Assembly: GCA_965116875.1 (NCBI GenBank)
Contig: OZ220733.1
Span: 4,320,001-4,384,000 of the forward strand
DNA: 64,000 nt
Reading direction: 5' to 3'
Source of the DNA: Candidatus Latescibacterota bacterium
GTDB lineage: Bacteria; Latescibacterota; UBA2968; GCA-2709665
The notes beneath the pieces were generated by a model. The model made no database searches. It saw only the letters and a list, made by a program, of their open reading frames with translations, and was not told the origin of the DNA. Every line of letters begins with the position of its first letter. Position 1 is the stretch's first letter. The translations under genes were made by a program, and so were the position numbers. Of this stretch, positions 28,594-37,647 are shown piece after piece.

Positions 28594-28622
28594 AAGATAG
28601 ATGGCACGCCTTGAATTGTCAA
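28594..28622 (-). promoter_or_regulatory. Sigma70-type promoter of the metG leader
   Basis: Minus strand TTGACA (28622-28617), 17 nt, TATCTT (28599-28594). Confidence 0.8.
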
Positions 28623-28779
28623 GCGCGGAATTTTCATCTAACTCTTGTCCTTTTCGCGGGATGGGCTTACATTGTCGAAGACGGCAAGATCGGAGATTCA
28701 CTCGCCTGTTGACCCGGTATACGCTATTGCCGGGCGCAGCGTGACTTTCGCTTACATCGCGGGAAACAGGGATTCGGAT

Positions 28780-29829
28780 TTGCTATTCTGGCTGGGAGAG
28801 CGTTTCGCTGACATTTACGGGCCGCTTCGGCTGTTGACGTCCTATCTGTTTCTGGCCGTCGTCGGCACGGCGCTGGCCGGGTTCTTCACCTGGCGCCTGC
28901 TACCCAGGTTGTGGATGCGGCTGCCCAAAGACCGCGGCCGGAAGTACGCCGTGGAGAACGAGCAGAGCCACGGCAAACCGGTGGGCGCGGGCATCATCTT
29001 CATACCGATCTACGTCGCCGTATGCATCCTTGTCCTCCCGCCGGGTTCCCAATACTGGCAGGTCCTCGGATGCGTCCTTCTCGCGATGGTGGCCGGCTTT
29101 CTGGACGATCGGAGTCCGGGGGGATGGGGAGAGTATCGCGTAGGCGCCATCGACCTGGGCATTTCGTTACTGGGCGCCATGGTCATCTGCCAGTTGGAAC
29201 CGGTTCAACTCTGGCTGCCGCTGATGAAGACGCCGGTATCGGTTCCGCCCTGGATTTTCGTACCCGGCGCCGCGCTGTTGATCTGGGTTTCAATCAACGC
29301 CACCAACTGTACCGACGGCGTGGACGGATTGTCGGGCAGTCTGAGCGTGATGGCCTTTGTCTACCTGGCCACGATTCTGTACGGGATCGTGGGACACCGC
29401 GACATCGCCAGGTACCTGCTGGTGCCGCATTACCCGGATGGCGCGGTCTGGGCGCTGTTTGCATTTATCATGGCCGGATGTCTGGCCGGCTACCTCTGGT
29501 ACAACGCGTATCCCAGTTCGGTGCTGATGGGAGACGCGGGCTCCCGGCCGATGGGCTTCCTGCTCGGCGTATTGGTTCTGGCGTGCGGCAATCCGTTTCT
29601 GATCGTGGTCGTCGCCGGCGTGGTACTCGTAAACGGCGCCACGGGGCTCCTGAAAGTTGCGTTTCTGCGGTTTTTGAATATCGGAATATTCAGGACGGTT
29701 CGTTATCCGCTGCACGATCACGTCCGGCACAAGAACGGCTGGTCGAATACCCATGTACTGGTGCGATTCATTCTGCTTCAGGCGTTCGTTACGCCAATCC
29801 TGCTGGTACTGCTGGTCAAGATCCGTTGA
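28780..29829 (+). CDS. mraY: Phospho-N-acetylmuramoyl-pentapeptide transferase (glycosyltransferase family 4)
   Basis: GKP.GAG, GFLDD, NATNCTDGVDGL, LWYNAYPS.VLMGDAGS and PLHDH....GWS; probable TTG start; not in a dcw cluster. Confidence 0.85.
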   Translation: MLFWLGERFADIYGPLRLLTSYLFLAVVGTALAGFFTWRLLPRLWMRLPKDRGRKYAVENEQSHGKPVGAGIIFIPIYVAVCILVLPPGSQYWQVLGCVLLAMVAGFLDDRSPGGWGEYRVGAIDLGISLLGAMVICQLEPVQLWLPLMKTPVSVPPWIFVPGAALLIWVSINATNCTDGVDGLSGSLSVMAFVYLATILYGIVGHRDIARYLLVPHYPDGAVWALFAFIMAGCLAGYLWYNAYPSSVLMGDAGSRPMGFLLGVLVLACGNPFLIVVVAGVVLVNGATGLLKVAFLRFLNIGIFRTVRYPLHDHVRHKNGWSNTHVLVRFILLQAFVTPILLVLLVKIR

Positions 29830-29837
29830 GTGACCCC

Positions 29838-30004
29838 TAATGTCCTGTCCCAAAAATTCCTCACCATTCGGCCGCCGATTCATCCCGTCTCGCTACGTTC
29901 CCCTCGCTCGCCGACCATACCCAGGTCGCCTGCGCTCCGGCGCCTTGCGAGACGGGCGACTCAGCGGCCAAATTTAGGCAACTTATTTCCGGGACAGAAC
30001 ACTA
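29838..30004 (+). mobile_element. MITE-like TIR element family C
   Basis: Imperfect TIR TAATGTCCTGTCCCAAAAAT / ATTTCCGGGACAGAACACTA; abuts the family A copy; single copy in the window. Confidence 0.7.
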
Positions 30005-30168
30005 AGAAGCTGTCTTAAAATACCCAGCGGTCTTCGCGCGGCTGCAAAAGCGTCGGTCGGCGTTGGTCAAACCCACCCGTATAGACAAATATGGGCGGGT
30101 TTTCCCGCCTTGACCGCCACTTTTTCGCTCGCGCTCGGGAACTCACCGGGAATTTTAAAACAGCTTCT
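30005..30168 (-). mobile_element. MITE-like TIR element family A, inverted copy
   Basis: Reverse complement aligns with 23544-23731 except for the central loop. Confidence 0.85.
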
Positions 30169-30179
30169 AAGAGGAGTGT

Positions 30180-31526
30180 ATGGACGGGAAAGAGGCGTTG
30201 AAGCGAAGGATCTGCGAAGCCATCGACCGCCGCCGCGGACAGATCGAGCGGATCGGGGAGCACATCATGGCCCACCCCGAGACCGGATTCAAGGAATTCG
30301 AGACTGCCAGGCTGGCAGTGAATACCATGGAAGAGTTCGGGATTTCACCGGAAACCGGGCTGGGAATCACGGGCGTAAAGGGGATCCTCCGCGGAGCGAA
30401 GCCCGGTCCGACGGTGGCCCTGATCGGCGAGCTGGACTCGCTCGTGGTACCGGACCATCCCATGGCGGACCCCGATACCGGCGCCGCCCACGCGTGCGGC
30501 CACAACGCCCAGATGGCCGGGCTGCTGGGCGCGATGATGGGGATGGTGGACACCGGCGCGGCCGAGTCCCTGGCCGGAAACGTCGTGTTCTTTGCTGTGC
30601 CGGCGGAAGAGTACATCGAGGTGGAATACCGGATGGGACTGGTCAGGGAAGGAAAACTGGAGTTTCTGGGCGGAAAACCGGAACTCGTGCGGCTCGGGCA
30701 ATTCGACGACGTCGACATGGCGGCGATGATCCACACACACAGCGATCCCAACATGAAGAAAGCCGCGATCTCCGAGTCGTGCAACGGATGCCTGGTGAAG
30801 ATGATCCACTTCATCGGCAAGGCCGCGCACGCCGGGGGCGCACCGCACCGGGGAATCAATGCGTTGAACGCCGCCCAGATTGCATTGGCGGCCATTCACG
30901 CGCAGCGGGAGACGTTTCGAGACAATGACGCGATCCGCGTTCATCCGATTATCACGAAGGGCGGCGATATCGTAAACGTGGTACCGGCGGAAGTCAGGAT
31001 GGAGACCTACGTCAGGGGAAAGACGAACGAAGCCATGCTGGACGCCAACGAAAAGGTCGACCGTGCGATCCGCGCCGGGGCCATGGCGGTGGGGGCGCGC
31101 GTGGAGATCGAAACGCTTCCGGGTTACCTGCCGCTTCGGAACGATCCGGCACTCAGCGCGGTTTTCGAAGCGAATTCAAGGACGTTGTTCGGGGAGGACG
31201 AAGTCTGTGAGGTCTCGCACCGGACGGGATCCACCGATATGGGCGACCTGTCCCACATCATGCCGGCGATCCATCCGTACATGGCCGGAGCGGACGGCGT
31301 GGGTCACAGCGCGGATTGGCACATTTCGGACATGGAAACGGGGTATCTGGCGCCCGCGAAATCGCTGGCGATGCTGGCGGTGGACCTGCTTCACGGCGAG
31401 GGCGAGACTGCGGCGGGTCTGCTCAGGGATTACAAACCGGCAATGACGAAGGACGAATACCTGGCGTTTCAGCGGGCGCTGTTCAAGACGGAGATCTACG
31501 ACGGTGCGGGCGCGGGTCGCGGATAG
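30180..31526 (+). CDS. M20D amidohydrolase (AbgB/ACY1L2-like)
   Basis: HPETGFKE, GELD, AHACGHNAQ, PAEE, GKAAHAG..P..GINALNA and GSTDMGD.S. Confidence 0.9.
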   Translation: MDGKEALKRRICEAIDRRRGQIERIGEHIMAHPETGFKEFETARLAVNTMEEFGISPETGLGITGVKGILRGAKPGPTVALIGELDSLVVPDHPMADPDTGAAHACGHNAQMAGLLGAMMGMVDTGAAESLAGNVVFFAVPAEEYIEVEYRMGLVREGKLEFLGGKPELVRLGQFDDVDMAAMIHTHSDPNMKKAAISESCNGCLVKMIHFIGKAAHAGGAPHRGINALNAAQIALAAIHAQRETFRDNDAIRVHPIITKGGDIVNVVPAEVRMETYVRGKTNEAMLDANEKVDRAIRAGAMAVGARVEIETLPGYLPLRNDPALSAVFEANSRTLFGEDEVCEVSHRTGSTDMGDLSHIMPAIHPYMAGADGVGHSADWHISDMETGYLAPAKSLAMLAVDLLHGEGETAAGLLRDYKPAMTKDEYLAFQRALFKTEIYDGAGAGRG

Positions 31527-31587
31527 CGCGTCCGAAACCGTAAACAGGCGGCGACGAGCCTGAGAATACCGCGCTGCCGTGCGAATT

Positions 31588-31612
31588 GTAGGGGCGTCCC
31601 TTGTGGGCGCCC
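31588..31612 (+). repeat. GTAG-type REP-like palindrome
   Basis: GTAGGGGCGTCCCTTGTGGGCGCCC; near-identical copy at 42134-42158. Confidence 0.75.
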
Positions 31613-31656
31613 GTTTTAGTACTGAAGAGGCATGGATCTGGTTAAGGAGAATGAAG

Positions 31657-33285
31657 ATGTCAAATCCGAATGAAGATAACATGGGCTGGAACGCCGTCAG
31701 CAGTACGGGCGCGGTTGCCGCGGGCGGCGCGGGGGCCGTGGCGGCCGGGATCCGGATCCTGGAGCGCGGCGGGAATGCCGCGGACGCGGCGGCGGGGACC
31801 ATCCTCGCGCTGAACGTGACCGACCACGGCGCGTGCTCGATCGGCGGCGAGGTGCCGGTGATCCTCTACGATGCGGGCAGGAATGAAGTGAAAACGCTTT
31901 CCGGGCAGGGCCGGGCGCCGCTCTCGCGGAAAGCGATCGACTGGTACATGGCAAACGGCATTCCCGACAGGGACATCAAGATGGCCCCGGTCCCTTCGGT
32001 TGTGGATCTGTGTACGACGCTGCTCATCCGGTACGGCACGCAATCCTTCGAGGCGATCGTTTCTCCCACGCTGGAAATCCTGGATAAAGGTAAGGAGTCC
32101 TGGCATCCCAGGCTTGCGGTGACGCTGCGCAGGCTGGTCGAGGCGGAGCAAGCAGCGCGCGGAAGCCGCGAGGAGAGGGTGGCGGCGGCGAGCGACCGCT
32201 TCTACGGGCGAAGCGGGGCCCGCCAGGACGTCGCGGATGAACTGGAAGCGGACTACGTCGAAAAGGGCGGATTTTTGCGCAAGGCGGACTTGGCGGCTCA
32301 CCAGACGCTGATTGAGGATCCCGTTGCGGTCAGCTACCGGGGATATGACGTATACAAATGCGGTCCGTGGACGCAGGGGCCGTACCTCTGCCAGGCGCTG
32401 CGCCTGCTGGAGGGTTTCGACCTGAAATCCATGGGCCATCTTTCCGCGGATTACGTGCACGTGGCGGTTGAAGCGCTGAAGCTGGCGATGGCCGACAGGG
32501 ACGCGTATTACGCCGACCCGGAATTCACGGACGTTCCGATGTCCGAACTGCTGTCGGACGCCTATACCGAAATCCGCCGGCCGCTGATCGATATGGCGAA
32601 CGCGTCGCTGGAGGCTCGTCCCGGCGACCCGTACGGGTTGAAGCCGCTTCGGGGTACGGGGATGTTCGAACGCGGAATCGGGGGAACGACCACGTGCGTG
32701 GTCGCGGACCGCTGGGGAAACGTCGTTTCGGCAACACCGAGCGCGAACGTCTATCGCGGGGAAACACCACTTGGCGGGCGAACGGGGGTGTCGTACGGAA
32801 ACCGCCTGCGAAGCCTGAATACGACCCCCGGCCATCCCAACTGCATCCAGCCGGGAAAACGACCGCGCATCACGCTGACGCCCACGCTCGTCCTGAAAGA
32901 CGGCAAGCCGGTTCTGGCGATCAGCGTGGCGGGCGGGGACCTGCAGGACCAGGCGACGCTGAATCTGCTCCTGGATTTCATCGAATTCGATATGCTTCCT
33001 GAATGCGCCGTCACCGCGCCGCGTTTCGCCACGTCCCACCACGAGGACTCGTTCGATCCAAATCCCGATCGTCCCGCAACGTTCAAACAGGTCGGCTCTC
33101 TAACGATAAGCGACCGCGTGAGCCGGGGCGTCCGCGCCGACCTCGCCTCGCGGGGGCATCGCGTGGCATCGAGCGCTGGTCCGATCGCGACCCCGGTCAT
33201 GCTCTTCATCGATCGGGAAAACGGACGGTTCCACGCCGCAGGCGACCCCGCCGCGGGCCGCCACGCGGCCGGGCTGGAGGGATAA
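31657..33285 (+). CDS. Gamma-glutamyltransferase family protein (Ntn hydrolase)
   Basis: GGNAADAA, IGGE, LAMADRDAYYADP, nucleophile-Thr motif GTTTCVVADRWGNVVS.T.S, PGKRPR.TL.P and GGD.Q.Q; no signal peptide. Confidence 0.9.
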   Translation: MSNPNEDNMGWNAVSSTGAVAAGGAGAVAAGIRILERGGNAADAAAGTILALNVTDHGACSIGGEVPVILYDAGRNEVKTLSGQGRAPLSRKAIDWYMANGIPDRDIKMAPVPSVVDLCTTLLIRYGTQSFEAIVSPTLEILDKGKESWHPRLAVTLRRLVEAEQAARGSREERVAAASDRFYGRSGARQDVADELEADYVEKGGFLRKADLAAHQTLIEDPVAVSYRGYDVYKCGPWTQGPYLCQALRLLEGFDLKSMGHLSADYVHVAVEALKLAMADRDAYYADPEFTDVPMSELLSDAYTEIRRPLIDMANASLEARPGDPYGLKPLRGTGMFERGIGGTTTCVVADRWGNVVSATPSANVYRGETPLGGRTGVSYGNRLRSLNTTPGHPNCIQPGKRPRITLTPTLVLKDGKPVLAISVAGGDLQDQATLNLLLDFIEFDMLPECAVTAPRFATSHHEDSFDPNPDRPATFKQVGSLTISDRVSRGVRADLASRGHRVASSAGPIATPVMLFIDRENGRFHAAGDPAAGRHAAGLEG

Positions 33286-33696
33286 CCGGAGAAAACACCG
33301 TTCAATACGTGTACGGTTTGTCGAAGTAAGTCCGTATGGCCAATCCGCGCAATCGGACGTTGCTTCTTCCCACGGCCTTTGCTGATAATATGTCAACAGG
33401 GCCTTTTTCAGTTTGATTTCGCGACCCCGACCGGGCTGAAACAGAACACATCCGGCAACGATACCAATCTGCATTCAATTCCACGCGGCCTCCACCCACG
33501 GTCCCGCTCATTTCCCCGCAATCGACGTACAGGCTCTCCAACCCAACTGGCGCCTCACGACTCTTCCTGGACGCCATAACCACCCATTGATGTTCTGATA
33601 GTACTCCGGTGCGATCTGATCCGAGATCGTCGGCAACCGCCTGTCCCAGGTGTACCGACCGGCATCGCCGGGAATTTTTGTTGTTTTCGCGAGAAT

Positions 33697-33760
33697 TCAC
33701 GATAATATCACGATTTAAGGACGCAATAGTCACTATAAAAACACTTTAACGTGGTATATT
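33697..33760 (+). promoter_or_regulatory. Phased-box promoter 1 (five 11-bp units plus extended -10)
   Basis: TCACGATAATA/TCACGATTTAA/GGACGCAATAG/TCACTATAAAA/ACACTTTAACG then TGGTATATT. Confidence 0.7.
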
Positions 33761-33826
33761 ATCATGATATTTATATATTATCTGTCGCTCATAGCAACCG
33801 TAGGCCAACTCAAGGGGAGGGATGTC

Positions 33827-36800
33827 GTGTATATTCACTATCGCAGGCGATTCAAGGCGTGTGTTGCTGCCTGGAGGCGGTTGTGCGGCGTCGCGTACCG
33901 CGGTGTCGTGCGGACCGGCGGCTGGATGGCGGTCCCTGCAATCTGTTTGTTTCTGGTAACGACGATCTACGCGCAGACCGGCAACGGTCCGACGAACCTG
34001 AACGTGTCGCTGGTCGGACAGGACGTGGTGGAACTGACGTGGGACCCGCCGGCGGTGGATGGGGCGAGTGTGAACCATTACGACATCAGATACGAGGAAC
34101 AGACCGGAGCATTGCAGGGATGGGAGAACGGCACGATCGGCGCGCTGGGAAGTGCGACGAGCACGCAGTTGTTGTTGAGAAACCGCACGCAGGCGAGGTA
34201 TTACACGTATCGAATGTTTGCCGTACGCAACGGCGTGGAAAGCGAGTGGTCGAACAGCGTAACGTATGATGCGGACACGGACGCGGTGGTGGCGCTGCCG
34301 GCGGCGCCTGGCGGGCTTACGGCCAGTCCGCGAGACGGCGCGATCGGTTTGTCCTGGGACGACCCTGCCGACGCCACGATCGTCAACTATCAGTTGCGCT
34401 ACGCTCCCGGCGGCATGACCTCCCCACCGAACTGGACGGGCGTTGTATGGAGCGATATTGCCGGCAGTGACGCCGGCACGACCGATCACGACGTCACGGA
34501 CCTGATCGCCGGCACCGAGTATACGTTCGAGATGCGGGCCAGAAACGCGGCCGGCGTGGGTGACTCGAGCGTGGTAACGGCCACGCCCGGCCTGCCGTCT
34601 CCGCCCGTCAATCTGTCGTCGACTCCCGGCGACGGATCGGTGCGGTTGACGTGGGACGATCCGGGCGACGTCAGGATCACGGGATACCAGCGTCATGTAC
34701 AGCACTGCCACGGTCCTGGAACAGGACTGGACGGACATCACGCCTAGCGATCGATACACGGCGGAACACGAGGTGACGGGCCTGACGAACTGGACTGAGT
34801 ATACGTTCAAGGTGCGCGCGTTGAACGCGGCGGGCCCCGGGGCGCCGGCCGGCGTAATCAGCAGGCCCGGGGGCCCGCGGGCGCCCGAGGGTCTGTCCGC
34901 ATCCGCGGGCGACGGGGCGGTGACGCTGTCATGGGACGATCCGACCGATGCCGCGATCACCAAGTACCGGATCCGGTACGCGGAGACGAACGCGTCGCTG
35001 CCGGCGTGGAGCGACATATCGGGCAGCGGCGCAAGCACCACGACCCACGACGTGATGGACCTGACCAACGATACGGAATACACCTTCGAATTGCGAGCGC
35101 AGGCGACGGACACACCCGGCGACTCGTCGGTCGTGACGGGGACGCCGCGGTCGTGTCCGGCGATTATTGTGACCGGAATCGGCCCTGCGACCGTGACGGT
35201 GAACCAGGCCGTCACGCTCGCGGCGCAGGCCAGAGGGGGATGCGGGAGGATCGAATTCACGAAGAAGAGCGGCCCGACGTGGATCACCGTCCACGCCAAC
35301 GGGAACATCCGTGGCACGGCGCCATCCACGCCCGGCTCGCATCCTGTCACCCTGACGGCGGCGGACGGCGAAGGGAACAGCACGGACAAGACGTTCACGA
35401 TTACCGTCCGGTGCAGCAGGGTCAGAATCACAGACATCCCCGACCTGACGGTGTCAGCGGCCGCCGCCTTTTTGCACACCACGTCCGTGGGCGGGGGCTG
35501 CGGGTCGCGAACGTCGTCGACCGAGGACGCGCCGGAGTGGGTTGAGGATAGAATCGAAAACAACGGAGACCTGACCATCCACGGCACCGCGCCATCGTCG
35601 CCCGGCACGCAGGGCGTGACGGTGCGGGTGCACGACGCCTTCGGCAACGGCCACGGCGACTTTTTCAGGATCACGGTTGTGTGTCCAGACGTCGAACTCG
35701 AGGACATCCCCGGCATGACGGTGACGGTGGGCGATTCCATCTCGATTGCGGCGAGCGCGCAAGGAGGATGTGGGGCGCTTAGCTATTCGATGTCCGGCGC
35801 GCCATCGGGGGTATCCATTGATCCGTCAACCGGGGAAATCAGAGGCGTCGTTGGCGGCCCTGCCGGCGAAAACAGCGTAAGGGTGACGGCGAGCGACAAC
35901 CACGCGAATTCCGATGATGTTAATTTCATCGTCACCGTTTGCGGGAAGGTCGTCATCTCACCTATATCTAATTTGACGGTCACGAAGGGCGATACAGTCG
36001 ATATTAGACCGAGTACGACTGGTGGATGCGGGAATATTACATACACGTTGACAGGCACTCTTCCTGAAGGTGTAAAATTCAACGACGGCACGGGTGTCAT
36101 CTACGGTCCAGCCAACGAGACAGGAACATTCCCCTTGACGTTGACGGCGACCGCGACGAACGACAGTGGTAATTTCGACACGGTGCAATTCGTGATCGAC
36201 GTGATCGATCCCTGTGAGCCAATCACGATCGCCGGACTGAGCAACGTGATGATTGCGGTGGGTGATTCGATTGAGGGGATCACGGCGACCGCGTCCGGCG
36301 GAAAGGCGCCGTATGAGTACAGATATGCGATCGAGAGCGGCCCCGACTGGGTAACGATCGGCGAGGTAAGCGGGTGTGTCCGAGGGACGGCCCCATTCAG
36401 TGCGGTTGGCGACAACGATGTGACTGTAAAGGTGAGCGAAGGGGACTGCCCTGAAGGCCAGGGCTCATTCCGTGTTACGGTGAAATGCCCGCAGCTTGCA
36501 GTAACGTATGGCAATCTGACGGTGGCGGTGGGCGCGTCACCCGAGCGACCCTCGAATACGCCGACGGTGAACGGGGGATGCCCGCCGATTACATTCGCAA
36601 TGCACGGGACGTGGCCGTCGTGGGTAACCCTGAACGAAGGCAACGGGAGCATTGGCGGCACGGCGCCAGCGTCCGATGCCGGGAAGAGCTTCGCGTTGAC
36701 GGTGCGGGCAACGGACAATAAGGGCAATTCCGTCGATGCGACGTTTACACTCACCGTTCCCTGCCTTCCGCTGTCACTCGCGTTCATCTCCGACGTGGTG

Positions 36801-37517
36801 GCACAGCAGGGTGTGGCCATAAGCGCGATACAGGCCAGGGGCACCGGCGGTTGTGCGCCCCTCGAGTACGGGCTTACGGCGAACCCTTCATCGGGGTCAG
36901 GCCTCTCCATTGGCACGTCCAGTGGACTTATCACCGCAACGCCGACGGCAGTGGACACGTACGCAGTCGACGTGACGGTAACCGACTCCCTCAACACGTC
37001 TAAGTCGAGGTCGTTCGAAATGCGTGTGGCGCCGGCGCTGACGTTGGACGTCGTGGATCTGTGGGAGGCCGTGGACGCGCCGATTCTGAGTGTATACGTC
37101 AGCGCCTCCGGCGGGCAGCCGCCCTACCGTTATTCGCTGTCCGGCGGTCCCGCGGGGCTTTCCCTGAACGCGACGACGGGTGAGTTCACCGGCACGGTAA
37201 CGCAGACGGGCACGTGGAACGGGACCGTCAGGGTGACCGATGCGGACAATCGCAGCAAGTCGGAGGGCATCACGATCACGATATATCTGCCCGGGGACTT
37301 CAATCGCGATGGAAAGCGTGACGCGGCCGATGCGGCGTTATTCAACCAGAAACTGGGTCTGCGGTCGACGGATGCGGAATATGACCGGATGTATGACCTG
37401 AACGGTGACGGGATCATCAACTGGGCGGACTACGTGATCCTGTCGGGGTACATCGAGGACGACGCGTCGTCCGGGAGCGGAAGCGGGGATACATCGGGTA
37501 GCGGTGAGGGCGGGTGA
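33827..37517 (+). pseudogene. Secreted FN3-repeat / putative-Ig (He_PIG-like) / dockerin-like protein split by a +1 frameshift at about 34690
   Basis: ORFs 33827-34747 and 34695-37517 join within an FN3 repeat (GGA TAC CAG [C] GTC ATG TAC AGC = GYQ-VMYS). Signal peptide, four FN3 repeats, Ig repeats, C-terminal GDFNRDG...DLNGDGIINWADY. Could be an assembly error. Confidence 0.8.
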
Positions 37518-37551
37518 TCCCTTCGCGCATCGCGAGCAAGCGCGTGTGAGG

Positions 37552-37576
37552 GTGGGGCGCACATTCCTGTCTGCCC
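37552..37576 (+). repeat. REP-like palindrome, second type
   Basis: GTGGGGCGCACATTCCTGTCTGCCC; related copy GTGGGGCGGACATTCATGTCTGCCC at 42183-42207. Confidence 0.65.
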
Positions 37577-37647
37577 ACGTGTGCAGTCTTGTCAAACTGA
37601 CTTCGCCATAGAGCAGTCGAAGCATCTCTCATGGAGGCGATATCTTT

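Noticed and set aside
33388-33403. GTCAACAGGGCCT as an IS end at the accessory-region boundary
   Set aside because: No matching partner end or transposase was found in the window.
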